A DNA stretch of 64,000 nucleotides, taken from IMG/VR virus record IMGVR_UViG_3300033073_000554, positions 1 to 64,000 of that record, one strand, 5' to 3'. The stretch's first letter is position 1. Each line of letters begins with the position of its first letter. Both the position numbers and the translations under genes were made by a program. This document shows, one piece after another, positions 1 through 10,273 of the stretch. This stretch comes from a virus (Duplodnaviria; Heunggongvirae; Uroviricota; Caudoviricetes). Under the pieces are notes generated by a model. That model was not told the DNA's origin, ran no database searches, and was given only the letters and a program-made list of their open reading frames with translations.

Positions 1-230
1 ATACATTCAATATCTGCTTTAATGTCTTTACCACCCATTGCACCAAATACTGATATTACTTGAGTTGGAACGCCATCTTCAGCATCGTCTTCATTAGGTT
101 CTATGCACCAACAGGCTTCGCTGGAATCGATATTATCGACGATGTTGGATTAGTTGTGCCCAAGGTTACTATTACAGCCATGCCCATAGACAATAAAATT
201 GTTGCAAAATTCAATTTTTTCATGTTTAAA

Positions 231-485
231 TTATTTTCGTGTATACTTTTCAAAAAACTCATCAATTTCACTCGATTGTATATTTTTACTATATTCACCT
301 TTAGTCGTCTCCATATATGTCTCTAATGCATAGTATATACCTTTATCTGTGGTTCTATTACCATTGATTAATATATACTCTTTAAATTCTTCTTGACATT
401 CGGTGCAAATATACCCAATACCATCAACATATGTATCACACATTATGTTGGAACACCCATCCCTAGAACAACTTAATACTCCCAT
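231..485 (-). CDS. small Cys-rich (zinc-binding-like) hypothetical protein
   Basis: 84-aa ORF with CxxC-type cysteine pairs (CSRDGCSNIMC ... CTECQ); window edge, overlaps weaker ORFs. Confidence 0.3.
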   Translation of the reverse strand: MGVLSCSRDGCSNIMCDTYVDGIGYICTECQEEFKEYILINGNRTTDKGIYYALETYMETTKGEYSKNIQSSEIDEFFEKYTRK

Positions 486-509
486 TAGTTTTATATTTAC
501 CGATTTTAG

Positions 510-1046
510 TTAAGAAAGTTTACCATATGGATTTGAAAGTACTTTACTACTAACTGTGATTTCTCCATCTGGTAATTCTAATTGTTTAATTTCAGATTCT
601 AGTTTACTGATATATTTTAAAACACTTATAGGAGTTTTAATATAATCTTCCTCAGCATTACATTTCCAATAATCTAATGATTCAACAATCTGAACATGCG
701 GTTTTTGAGACATCTCTGGTAAAGTCGTTGGTTTATAACCATCTGCGAAATCTAAAATTCTAGAATATATGTAAAATTTGTTACGTTTTTTAACGTCTAC
801 ATATGGGTATAATTCATGGTCTGCTACATCCATACCACCTATATTACCAGCCAGTCCACGAAGATTTAAGTCAGCATTCAAATCTTTTAATGCGGCTCTT
901 CTCATAGCTCTATAAAATTCGCGTATTTTGCGAATTTCTGATGATGGCATTATTTGATAGTATGTAAAGTCCCTATGATCATATTTAACCATCATTTCCT
1001 TCCATAAATCGAATGTTGAGGTTTCTTGAGTAACGTTTACTGACAT
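510..1046 (-). CDS. hypothetical protein (early-class gene)
   Basis: 178-aa ORF; its ATG is preceded at fixed spacing by the conserved GGAACTA...TATAAAA promoter element. Confidence 0.5.
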   Translation of the reverse strand: MSVNVTQETSTFDLWKEMMVKYDHRDFTYYQIMPSSEIRKIREFYRAMRRAALKDLNADLNLRGLAGNIGGMDVADHELYPYVDVKKRNKFYIYSRILDFADGYKPTTLPEMSQKPHVQIVESLDYWKCNAEEDYIKTPISVLKYISKLESEIKQLELPDGEITVSSKVLSNPYGKLS

Positions 1047-1096
1047 TTTAATTAGTTTTTATATTCATATAACTAAATATATTTCACTTTAGTTCC
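1047..1096 (-). promoter_or_regulatory. conserved promoter/leader element copy 1 (GGAACTAAAGTGAAATATATTTAGTTATATGAATATAAAAACTAATTAAA-ATG)
   Basis: GGAACTA at -51 and TATAAAA at about -17 relative to the ATG; same architecture as four other copies. Confidence 0.55.
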
Positions 1097-1734
1097 GATA
1101 TTATTAATTTATTTTTACCTCACCTCAATTATTTTCAATATTTGTTTCAACTTATACTGTCACTCTTGTATTGTCACTACAACTCCGCCAGTATTTATTA
1201 CTGGCAGTGCAGTTCCAAAACTATAATGTGCGCAATCGACTAATAATTCAATATCGTCTTCATAATCTTTGACACAATAATTATCATCATCAATTTCAAG
1301 TTCATACTCATAAGATACTAGTATTTTAATTTTTCGCATTTTAATTGTTGATTTTAATATTATTCAATATTGATCATCATAGATTATCAAATCACTCTCC
1401 AATTTAAACTTGATAATATGAATAATGGGTGGAAGTCGGAGATCTCGTTCAAATTTAAATAATCCAAATGTAGAACCTCCGATTCCACTCAATTTATTCC
1501 ATAATATTCCATATATAGGTTCCATATTTTAATTGGATTTACCCCAGAACCACCGTCTACCTTTATGCATTCTAAATATAATCCATTTCATTGTCCATCG
1601 TGGCATGATACTACTGAATGTTATTATCATTACTAGATACTCTACAATACCTATGATTGCCATTATTGTGTTACCTAATCTATGTTTAAAATCTAATTTC
1701 TGCATCGATATCAATTTAATGTGAGATAATATTA

Positions 1735-1911
1735 TTATGCGTTAAGATATACTCTAACTTGTAAAAAATCATAATCAAAAGATCTACTATCCACACGATA
1801 ATTACAATCACCAATCACAACCATATCGCCAACACTTGGAATGATGCTATCTTTGAGAATCCACGTCTTTAATAAGACCCCACCAACTTCTATGAATTTA
1901 ATCGTTTTCAT
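1735..1911 (-). CDS. small beta-rich protein (58 aa), possible NfeD-like OB-fold partner of the flotillin
   Basis: hand-translated: MKTIKFIEVGGVLLKTWILKDSIIPSVGDMVVIGDCNYRVDSRSFDYDFLQVRVYLNA; it starts 7 nt after the flotillin stop; the NfeD assignment is speculative. Confidence 0.25.
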   Translation of the reverse strand: MKTIKFIEVGGVLLKTWILKDSIIPSVGDMVVIGDCNYRVDSRSFDYDFLQVRVYLNA

Positions 1912-1917
1912 ATTATC

Positions 1918-3342
1918 TTATTTCTTAATAAGCTTATTGATCAACTCAGTTATTTCATTACCAACTTCAGTTTGATTCAAACCTTCAAGTAACCCATTGA
2001 TAGATGCGGCACCTTTAGTACTGAGTATATCCGAGAATTTATTAAGCCCAGAGTGCACGTCACCACTATTGACTAATAATTTTAAGTCGGCACCATTTAA
2101 TGCAGTTGCCAATGATTGGTACTGTACTTTATTTACCTCACCAGCGATTTCTATTTCTCTGATTTTAATTAAGTAAGATTGGTAATTGTCGTTATCACCG
2201 ATTTCTTGCGCCAACGTTGTTTGTGCAGTTACATTTGCTAATTCCATTTGTTTCTTAGCTTCAGCTTCAGACAACCCTTTAGCTCTAACTACATCGGCTT
2301 GAGCTTCACCCACTGTCTTAATCGCTTCGGCTTCCTTTTTCTTAGCTTCAAGTTGAGCCATTGCTTCAGTTTCAATCTGGTATTTATCAGCTTCCGCTTT
2401 AATCGCAATTTGGCGTTTCTGTTGTTCTGAAATTATGATTGCATTTTCTTTATCAATTTCAGCCTGTTTAATTTGTTTGATTTTAATTACGCCCATATTT
2501 TGCTCCGCCGTTAATTGCTCAGCTTTTGCAATTTCAGATAGTGAAGTCTGTTCGGCTATTCCACGATTTTTAACAGATTCAGCTTGAGCTATACCAATTG
2601 CTTGAAGAGATTTAGCTTTGGCTTCTCCAGCAATTCGCTCAGTTTCTGCCGCTGTTAATGCGACTTCTTTTCTGGCTTCCAATTCCGCTTGTTCAGCTGA
2701 TTTGGTATTTTTAGCAACTTCGGTCCTAGATTCCATGTCAATTGCCGATATACGTTTTGCCATGATCTGGTGTATTACGGTTGACCCAGCAGCATCCCGG
2801 ACATCCATCAACTCAATTGATTTAATGGGTTCAACTCCCCAACTTTTTAAATCTTCCTTCACGGCATTTGTAAACGCTTGCCCAAAAATTGAACGTTCCT
2901 CCATTATTTGTTCGAGCTTCGATTTTGCTAATATCGATCTTACCGCACCTTGGACAACATTATTCAATTGGACTAATAGATCTTCATATGATGCTACCTT
3001 TTCAGCCGCTTTATTAGTATCTGCTATATGAAAAAATGCTTTGACGTCTACTTCAAATGGTACCCGGTCCTTGTCATATGCCGAATATTTCGGTAAATCT
3101 ACACCAAAGTTGGATACTGGTAATTGTCGTACTTCGACTCCCCATTTTGGTAGCCATTTAGGAAACTCATAATATACGTTCGACTCTTTTCCTACTCCAT
3201 ATGATACAGTTGCTTTACCTCGCTGCACAATGTGCACGACGTTAGTTGGAACGATTCTACGTAATGTAAATACGTAAATTGATATACCTACAATTAATAC
3301 AATTGGTAGTACATAGATAAAAATTGGAATTAATTCTTGCAT
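1918..3342 (-). CDS. flotillin-like SPFH/band-7 membrane protein
   Basis: N-terminal TM helix, SPFH-like core, long Ala/Glu/Lys-rich coiled-coil (EQAELEARKEVALTAAETERIAGEAKAK...), 474 aa typical of FloT/YqiK. Confidence 0.75.
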   Translation of the reverse strand: MQELIPIFIYVLPIVLIVGISIYVFTLRRIVPTNVVHIVQRGKATVSYGVGKESNVYYEFPKWLPKWGVEVRQLPVSNFGVDLPKYSAYDKDRVPFEVDVKAFFHIADTNKAAEKVASYEDLLVQLNNVVQGAVRSILAKSKLEQIMEERSIFGQAFTNAVKEDLKSWGVEPIKSIELMDVRDAAGSTVIHQIMAKRISAIDMESRTEVAKNTKSAEQAELEARKEVALTAAETERIAGEAKAKSLQAIGIAQAESVKNRGIAEQTSLSEIAKAEQLTAEQNMGVIKIKQIKQAEIDKENAIIISEQQKRQIAIKAEADKYQIETEAMAQLEAKKKEAEAIKTVGEAQADVVRAKGLSEAEAKKQMELANVTAQTTLAQEIGDNDNYQSYLIKIREIEIAGEVNKVQYQSLATALNGADLKLLVNSGDVHSGLNKFSDILSTKGAASINGLLEGLNQTEVGNEITELINKLIKK

Positions 3343-4432
3343 GTTGTTGTTGTTTTATTAATGATTAAATATTTTACTTTATAGATTATTAAATGCTATT
3401 ACCACTTTATTACTAATTCAAACCCCTCATCCATTCCACCTCCATCAGTCCAGTACTCGACTATAGGGTTGAGTTTATTATCAACTAGATAATCATACAC
3501 ACGTTTTAGATTACCACCCATATACAACCTCTTGTGTTATTAAATCTTCAATTTCAATCATATTAATAATTTTTATGCTTGTCATTAATTGGTAAATATT
3601 GAAGCCATGGGTCGATACTATTTTCGATTTCTCTATGCATATCATATGCCCAATATAATATACTATGATCGTTGAAACTATTATATATCAAATCAGATCT
3701 TTGAATATTTATTAATGAATCATATATTTTTTTGTATACTAAAATCATACTAGTTCCACGTTTATATCTTTTTTAATTATAGATCTAATTAAAATTGACA
3801 TCATACCTAACGGTTGAATAACTTCGACAGTATTATTATTAAGATAAATATCCAAGTTAGCTGGTAAATAAATATAATGTTCGTATATTTTAAATTTTAC
3901 AGACACCATCATGAATACTATTTAGTATTGTGTATTTTACTTTTATACCTATCTTTTAACTCAAGTATTTTAGGCATCAGTATAACACTCATTAATAATA
4001 TAATTAACGCAAACACTAAAGCCACTATTGGTGCTTCCCGATCAATTTTATCCTTTATTTCATCATTTTTCATAATTCTCGCATTATTTGTAAAAATAAA
4101 CTTCGTCTCATAACTGAATGTAACCCAACTGTACGCAGAAAATATAATGTTTCAGTTGATTCTGGACTGTATATTATATATTCCCACTCTAAACTTCCTC
4201 GCAATAAGTTTATTGGCATAATAATATCAACAAGTTTAGGTTCTTCATCCATATTAGTATTCTTTTTATAATTCTTTCAGTATTTGTTCAATTAAACTTC
4301 GCGTAATATCCAAATGAAATCTACCACTTCGTATAGAAGTAACAGTGTTAAATACATCTGAAATATTTACACTGTTGTTCCGCCATCTAGGACCATTGTG
4401 TAATATTTCTGGTATAAACGTGTTAATTCCTT

Positions 4433-4792
4433 TCATATGTAGAATTGCCCAGCTTCTTCAGCCGCACCTTTTACCTTTTCCAACAATCTTATAAATTTTT
4501 CTTGCTCTCCGAAATCTTTTACTGTATATCTACTTGGATTATATATACTAGTGAAATATATTTCCACCACTGTCTGATTATTCCAAATGTTAGCCTTCAA
4601 TTTAGTGAACATTTGATATTTAGTTAGAGTGTTGGTGGATTCAATATATAATACCATATATTTTACATTAGATATAACACACCAACCTAATACTTTACCA
4701 TTCACAAAATCTGAAACTGTAGATACTCTAGCTTGCTTCAGTAAAGACATTTTTAATTTAGTTCGTTTCAATACAATTTCTACAGTTCGCAT
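4433..4792 (-). CDS. hypothetical protein
   Basis: 119-aa ORF, same strand as neighbours. Confidence 0.4.
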   Translation of the reverse strand: MRTVEIVLKRTKLKMSLLKQARVSTVSDFVNGKVLGWCVISNVKYMVLYIESTNTLTKYQMFTKLKANIWNNQTVVEIYFTSIYNPSRYTVKDFGEQEKFIRLLEKVKGAAEEAGQFYI

Positions 4793-4976
4793 ATAAAATT
4801 ATTGTGCAATATAAACCATTTCGATTAGATATAACCACATGAGTATCCCACATGCTATTTCAAACCATCTTGAATAATATGTATATGTTTTAAAAAATAG
4901 TATATGGTACAACACATCTCCCAATATCATTATACTATTGATCAATACATAAACCCAAACTATGAATCGCTTCATA

Positions 4977-5387
4977 TTATCGTATTTTCAAAATTTTAAT
5001 TGCCTCACGTAATTCGTCGGCAGTATTAAATATATTGTGGGGATAAATAAATCGTTCTCTGAGAGCATTGTACAAATTAGATATTTCTATATCCAATTTT
5101 ATTTCTTCAATAGTGTTGAAAAGCTTTAATTTCTTCAAATTATATAGATAATCATACACCTTCAAATCGCAGTTTTTAACCATGTATCGATTCGTTTCTT
5201 TAAATGTTGAGAAACTTTCACCAACTTTATCAATGGTTAACTTTTTTATTTCAATTTGCTTTTCCACATCTTCTGGCATGTGTTTGTAATAGAATTTCTG
5301 CCCAACTTTAACTAGGCTATCCACCTGTTTAGCTGTTTTCATAGCATGTGTTAATCCACTTTTCTTTACTTTATTAGCTACTTTCAT
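4977..5387 (-). CDS. hypothetical protein
   Basis: 136-aa ORF. Confidence 0.45.
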   Translation of the reverse strand: MKVANKVKKSGLTHAMKTAKQVDSLVKVGQKFYYKHMPEDVEKQIEIKKLTIDKVGESFSTFKETNRYMVKNCDLKVYDYLYNLKKLKLFNTIEEIKLDIEISNLYNALRERFIYPHNIFNTADELREAIKILKIR

Positions 5388-5409
5388 AATAATTTTAATA
5401 TATTTTATT

Positions 5410-5458
5410 AAAAAAAAGTGGGTGCGATCTGCTAACCAAAAAACAAATCAACACCCAC
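5410..5458 (-). terminator. putative rho-independent terminator after the 5486..5860 gene
   Basis: minus-strand RNA GUGGGUG-(27-nt loop)-CACCCAC followed by U8; the loop is long. Confidence 0.4.
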
Positions 5459-5485
5459 TCCAGTATTTCAACTCAATTAAATATC

Positions 5486-5860
5486 CTAATCTAACACTTT
5501 TTCGAAGGTTTTTGAATATGGATTGAACTGATTCTGGATCCATGCTTCATACACTCCAGTCTCGAAATCAATCGGTGGATGATCTGCAATGGTACCTTGG
5601 TCTCTCTTTGCATATCCTTTGAAATTGCTTTCGTGAATATGGTGTAGAGTTGCACCATCTGTTCCTACATTGTAGTATACGTGCCCATCTTCCCCCTGAA
5701 ACATTTCGACTTCATTACCGCACATCACATGCATGTGACCAGATTTTTCACCAAGTGCTATTGGCTTGTGCTCGATTTTTTTCGCGTTAGCTGGGATAGA
5801 GCTTACCCTTTTAAGTTGAACATCACCTTGATGTCCTCTCTGTCTAAGAATTTTTTTCAT
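5486..5860 (-). CDS. hypothetical protein
   Basis: 124-aa ORF, His-rich. Confidence 0.45.
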   Translation of the reverse strand: MKKILRQRGHQGDVQLKRVSSIPANAKKIEHKPIALGEKSGHMHVMCGNEVEMFQGEDGHVYYNVGTDGATLHHIHESNFKGYAKRDQGTIADHPPIDFETGVYEAWIQNQFNPYSKTFEKVLD

Positions 5861-5899
5861 ATGAAAACTTTTTTATAAATAATTAATTAATTTAAATTT

Positions 5900-6838
5900 T
5901 CACGCTCGTGCGTCGTATAAATATTCTTCATCTACGAAGAACCCATCTATACTCTTCTTTGCTTCAATGGCATCCGTGTGGTGAGGTTCACACCCGGCTA
6001 AGTAAATGGTTCCAGTTGAAGGACACACTTGTTTAACCCATGCGAACGGTTGATTATCAATTTCTTCAAAGGTATCATCAGTTTTCAACAATTCAATTTG
6101 TTCAATTGAACCATCTGCATGTACAACACTCTTTGAATCGACAACTTTCGCTTGCAATAAGTTCATAACACCCTCTTGACCAAGAACCTCATACATTCCA
6201 CCTTTGATGTCCATGTTTTTTTCAGAGATGAATTGTTCTCTAGTGATTGGCTCTTCGAATATCTCTTTCGGCATCTCTCTACCGTGAACAAAATATTGTC
6301 TGTATCCGTCCTCCCAAGCTACAGCTGGACCAGCTGAGTTGTGTAATCTGTTCTGATCATCAAAATGGATTTCGGTCGGTTTGTCGCAGATGATTATGAC
6401 TGCATCATATGCGATTGCATCATAAATACCAGCTGGTAGATATTTTTTCTCGTATTCGTCGAAAACTTCAGGAGTTTTAATTCCAGACTGTTTTAATAAG
6501 TCGTAGAATGCGATCCATCCGTAGTCGCTGATGTTGGCGTTGTTCAAGAACGCAAAGTCGTTTAATTTAGCGTTCGGGTCAATTTTCTTTCTCAACTCCC
6601 ATGACTTATAGACAGCTGCGTATGGGGAGATTGTAAACACTACCTCTGGCATTGGTAGATTGATCAGTTTGTAAAGCATCTCTACAGCCACCATTGCTTT
6701 TTCTTTGTCTAGGCGAATAGCTGTGATGTTCTTGATCCACTTTTCTCTGATAGCTGGGATCTTCAGTCTATCTTCGTCTGTTAATTGAAGTTTTTCTTCT
6801 TTAGGTTCAGCTCCTTTTGTTTTTGTTGATTTTGACAT
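5900..6838 (-). CDS. hypothetical protein (312 aa)
   Basis: long uninterrupted ORF; no family recognised. Confidence 0.55.
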   Translation of the reverse strand: MSKSTKTKGAEPKEEKLQLTDEDRLKIPAIREKWIKNITAIRLDKEKAMVAVEMLYKLINLPMPEVVFTISPYAAVYKSWELRKKIDPNAKLNDFAFLNNANISDYGWIAFYDLLKQSGIKTPEVFDEYEKKYLPAGIYDAIAYDAVIIICDKPTEIHFDDQNRLHNSAGPAVAWEDGYRQYFVHGREMPKEIFEEPITREQFISEKNMDIKGGMYEVLGQEGVMNLLQAKVVDSKSVVHADGSIEQIELLKTDDTFEEIDNQPFAWVKQVCPSTGTIYLAGCEPHHTDAIEAKKSIDGFFVDEEYLYDARA

Positions 6839-6927
6839 AAAAAATATTTAATTGTTGTTTTTAAAAATTACTAATTTATTGATGATGCAGATGTATAACA
6901 AAGTTTTTGATATTTTATTATCGTTAA

Positions 6928-7287
6928 CTAATATTTAACAAATAGTTTATAATAATTATCTGCATATTTGATAGATAATGCTCTGTTATTAGCGTGTTGT
7001 ACCCCATATAGATACAATTTAGTAGCTCCAGTAGTTCCCTTGGTGACTAGTTGGAATACGTGTGTCGCTTCTGATATTTGATTTACTACTCTGATCGGGT
7101 ATTTGTAACCAGAGTTATACGGCTTTGATACTATATTTACACAAATATCCGCCTGATCTGGGGTCTCTACAATTGTAGCCGGGATTGATTTCGCCGTCAT
7201 TCCATTTATAAAAATAACAGTTGGTACTTTTTGGGCGTTTGCATACGCTACAGCCATAAGTGCGATAAAAAAGATTTTTAATTTCAT
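6928..7287 (-). CDS. small secreted protein (signal peptide)
   Basis: N-terminus MKLKIFFIALMAVAYANAQ has a signal-peptide-like h-region and an AxA site. Confidence 0.5.
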   Translation of the reverse strand: MKLKIFFIALMAVAYANAQKVPTVIFINGMTAKSIPATIVETPDQADICVNIVSKPYNSGYKYPIRVVNQISEATHVFQLVTKGTTGATKLYLYGVQHANNRALSIKYADNYYKLFVKY

Positions 7288-7449
7288 TTCATTATATTTT
7301 TTAAATATTTACTAATTTTATTCCTAAGTGTACTCATATCTCGTATGAGGTGCAGTTCTTGCTGCCCGAGTTCTTCAGAATTATTACTTAACAATTCCTT
7401 CGTATCATCTATCGTGGCAATCAATTTATATAGATGAAAGATATTTCCC

Positions 7450-8106
7450 TTATTCCGCATATTGTTTTAGTAATTTTGACCCAATATATTTTGCTAAAAC
7501 TGGATCGCTTATTATTTTTTTAATATTCCCCTTTGCTGCATAAAACCTATCTGTTACACCAGATGATACCCCCACTCCAGTATTAGCTATCGAAGACAGT
7601 TTGTTTATAATTGTCTTCGCAATCTCGGATTGTCGATCTGATGTATTTGGATCGGCTTTACCATATTTCCGATATAAATCTGTCAATTTAACATCATATG
7701 GTAATGATTTTATAGTTTCAGCTCTATATGTTTTACCCCACTTTGCAACAACCATGTCATATCCAGCCTTTGCTATCAATGGGTGCATGTAGTCCATTTG
7801 TGATGGTGCGTCAAACGCATACTTTGGGTAATCCGCTTCGAATTTCTTTTTAGCCACATCATAAAAATTCAGTGGATCTAAATTGAAGTTATAAACTGAA
7901 TCTGGATCAACTTTGACAACATATAGGTCCCCAGAAATCATTCCCTCTTTATCTTCAGGTGAGATATAATAATATGAAACCCCAATTCTCCTACGATCAG
8001 AAGTGTAAGCATTTGTACCCCACTTTGATGGAGTTATACGTCTACCAACTATTTTACCATAATGGAAAAATAAATAATTACCTTCTTGATCTGTAGTCAA
8101 TTTCAT
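7450..8106 (-). CDS. hypothetical protein (218 aa)
   Basis: ORF immediately downstream of 8109..8381. Confidence 0.5.
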   Translation of the reverse strand: MKLTTDQEGNYLFFHYGKIVGRRITPSKWGTNAYTSDRRRIGVSYYYISPEDKEGMISGDLYVVKVDPDSVYNFNLDPLNFYDVAKKKFEADYPKYAFDAPSQMDYMHPLIAKAGYDMVVAKWGKTYRAETIKSLPYDVKLTDLYRKYGKADPNTSDRQSEIAKTIINKLSSIANTGVGVSSGVTDRFYAAKGNIKKIISDPVLAKYIGSKLLKQYAE

Positions 8107-8108
8107 GA

Positions 8109-8381
8109 TTATACCTTTTTACACAGTACTATTTGGACTGTGGCTGGATTAATATGTGTACCAACTATATATATGTCAGCGTTGTCTAACATGAATGCAT
8201 AATCATTCAATTGTTTTTTGAATTGATCATTGAACGATGATCTTATGCTATTACTAGCATAATTTCTCTCCGTTCCAGCTATTGGCTCACGTAATTCTTC
8301 GATATCCAACCCAGTTGCCGGGCAATATGCGATATCCTCCTTTTGGACGATTAATTTGTCAAATACTTGTTCTAAGTTCAT
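8109..8381 (-). CDS. hypothetical protein (90 aa, early-class)
   Basis: preceded by conserved promoter element copy A. Confidence 0.5.
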   Translation of the reverse strand: MNLEQVFDKLIVQKEDIAYCPATGLDIEELREPIAGTERNYASNSIRSSFNDQFKKQLNDYAFMLDNADIYIVGTHINPATVQIVLCKKV

Positions 8382-8430
8382 ATTTAATTATTTTATACTA
8401 ATATAACTGAATGTTTTCATAATTAGTTCC
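8382..8430 (-). promoter_or_regulatory. conserved promoter/leader element copy A
   Basis: GGAACTAATTATGAAAACATTCAGTTATATTAGTATAAAATAATTAAAT-ATG; GGAACTA at -50. Confidence 0.55.
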
Positions 8431-8591
8431 ACAACACGGAATTATTTTTCCACTAAATATGCTATCGAATTTCGTCGTTCTGGGTATTTAGCAAAATACC
8501 GCCCACTATCTCCTTTACCAATCAAGTCTAACCTTGAAAAGTAATAATTTCCACTGGGTGAGCATGCGATATAATTACCGTTTTTACTAGT

Positions 8592-8681
8592 TCACGTTGT
8601 CACAACGTTACCAGCTTCATCTGTTACAGTGTAAGTGAACGACCCATTCTTGTTTTGCACTTTTGTTAGTATATTTGCCAT
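8592..8681 (-). pseudogene. 29-codon ORF behind duplicated promoter copy B; possible gene remnant or leader peptide
   Basis: ATG sits in a context identical to copy A (52 nt, 49 identical); the ORF stops after 29 codons and another frame continues ~23 codons; no ORF of 60 aa or more lies in 8382..8741. Confidence 0.3.
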
Positions 8682-8730
8682 ATTTAATTATTTTATACTA
8701 ATATAACTGAGTTTTTTCACAATTAGTTCC
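8682..8730 (-). promoter_or_regulatory. conserved promoter/leader element copy B (exactly 300 bp from copy A)
   Basis: GGAACTAATTGTGAAAAAACTCAGTTATATTAGTATAAAATAATTAAAT-ATG. Confidence 0.55.
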
Positions 8731-8741
8731 AAACTTTGAAA

Positions 8742-9071
8742 TTATTTTTTACAAACTATAACACTATCATTTTCAGATAAAATGTATTTCACTTCAATTA
8801 TATTATTATCTTGTTTATTTAGAATTATAACGGATCTCCGCGTCTTACCACTAGGATACATAATTGAATTAATTTGGTTATTTAAAATCGCAACGTTTAT
8901 ACCACTACCACGTCCAGTCGACACCCAATATACTTTAAGTCCCTTCAATTCTTCTGGTAAATCTGGTTCTTTCCCAGTTAATTCTTGGGATGATACTCCA
9001 GCATTACTACATGAAATTAATATGGCGCACATTAACACAAGAGTGATGACTTTAATTGTAATTTTTTTCAT
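8742..9071 (-). CDS. small lipoprotein
   Basis: signal peptide followed by lipobox-like LISCS (MKKITIKVITLVLMCAILISCSNAG). Confidence 0.5.
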   Translation of the reverse strand: MKKITIKVITLVLMCAILISCSNAGVSSQELTGKEPDLPEELKGLKVYWVSTGRGSGINVAILNNQINSIMYPSGKTRRSVIILNKQDNNIIEVKYILSENDSVIVCKK

Positions 9072-9088
9072 TTTATTTATTGATAATT

Positions 9089-9379
9089 TTAATCTTGAAA
9101 ATGTTTAATAGTCCCAGTATTCCATGAATCGTCGCCATGATCTGATTTAGGTTCATCTCTCCATTTACTAAAAAGAGAAAATTCCTGATCACCATGCTTC
9201 AATGGTCCTGATGGATAATTGATTGTCGAATTCTCACGTTTATAAAGATCGTCACTTTTATAAAGATCCGCAATTATATTTTGAAATTTAATCATATCTT
9301 CGCAATATGGATTTTCACCATGCGCTAATATCAACCGCATATACATTGCGTTCAAATGTTTAATATCCGCTGTATTCAT
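9089..9379 (-). CDS. hypothetical protein (96 aa)
   Basis: ORF in operon-like array. Confidence 0.4.
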   Translation of the reverse strand: MNTADIKHLNAMYMRLILAHGENPYCEDMIKFQNIIADLYKSDDLYKRENSTINYPSGPLKHGDQEFSLFSKWRDEPKSDHGDDSWNTGTIKHFQD

Positions 9380-9390
9380 TTCAATATTTT

Positions 9391-10212
9391 TTAAATTGTA
9401 TCGATATACTCATCTGGCATATCTGAATTTATTTTGTCCAAACACGCATCTTTAACATCTGCTAGCATATCTCTAACCGTTGGATAATTAGGCTTTAGAT
9501 ATGTTGAAATATCTACATTATCATTACCAATAGTATTCCATGTCGCATTTAAATGCTTTAGCATACTATTAGCCAACACTATTGCTACTTCCTTTATGGC
9601 CACTCCCTTGGATACTAAATGGTCAAAATCTGATAATTTCAATCTGCCACCCTTTGATGGTACATTAAACATAGTAGCTAGATCGGACCAAGTAGATGCA
9701 TTAGCAGTTTCAGTAACATTTTTCTTCGTCACTCCCATTTTTTCGGTGACAATTTTATTCTCTGATTTAGTCGGAGTAATTGGTACCTTAGTATATCTCC
9801 AAAACCAATCTGTTACACCATGCGGTTGAGATTTAAAATTTACATTGACTGCTTGTTCTGGTGTTAATCTCTCGAATGTTCCCAAATCTTCCGTCGACCC
9901 ATCTTTGTAAACATTATGGGCGCGAACACTTCCAATTGGTTTAACCAAGTAGGCATCTTGGTCAATATCTGGATCATTTATAAGTCCTAATAAAATTTTT
10001 GATAGATCTGATCTAGATATTATTACAAATGATTCTTCTGGAGTTCCCTCCCACCAACCGTGCGACGCTTCTATTTTACCTAAGAATTTAATTTTATGTA
10101 GTAATTTCTCGTTTCTAGCCTCATTCACATCTTTAGATAATTCAGTTTTATAGGCTGATATTATATAAAGGTTGACGCTTGGGTCGCTATTAAATTGCTC
10201 AATTGCAGTCAT
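9391..10212 (-). CDS. hypothetical protein (273 aa, early-class)
   Basis: preceded by conserved promoter element copy 3. Confidence 0.55.
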   Translation of the reverse strand: MTAIEQFNSDPSVNLYIISAYKTELSKDVNEARNEKLLHKIKFLGKIEASHGWWEGTPEESFVIISRSDLSKILLGLINDPDIDQDAYLVKPIGSVRAHNVYKDGSTEDLGTFERLTPEQAVNVNFKSQPHGVTDWFWRYTKVPITPTKSENKIVTEKMGVTKKNVTETANASTWSDLATMFNVPSKGGRLKLSDFDHLVSKGVAIKEVAIVLANSMLKHLNATWNTIGNDNVDISTYLKPNYPTVRDMLADVKDACLDKINSDMPDEYIDTI

Positions 10213-10261
10213 AATTTATCTTTTATAATACGTACAACAGTGTACCGTTATAAATAGTTCC
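10213..10261 (-). promoter_or_regulatory. conserved promoter/leader element copy 3
   Basis: GGAACTATTTATAACGGTACACTGTTGTACGTATTATAAAAGATAAATT-ATG; same GGAACTA(-50)/TATAAAA(-16) spacing. Confidence 0.5.
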
Positions 10262-10273
10262 AAAGATCTTAAA

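Larger units (their letters stand above)
8379..8760. repeat. 300-bp-spaced direct duplication of promoter + leader + ATG
   Basis: 8379-8410 equals 8679-8710 exactly; similarity continues to about 8440 / 8740. Confidence 0.7.

Noticed and set aside
2618-3031. Plus-strand ORFs nested inside long minus-strand genes (this one and e.g. 33261..33668, 35307..35597, 50573..51016, 56274..56705, 62416..63006)
   Set aside because: They are antisense shadows of well-supported minus-strand genes (flotillin, hub, TMP, fibres, scaffold). Several merely mirror coding repeats.
3749-3760. GGAACTA heptamer immediately abutting the ATG of ORF 3563..3748
   Set aside because: Only the heptamer matches. The TATAAAA box and the ~50-nt spacing are absent. 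Treated as a chance match to the promoter core.
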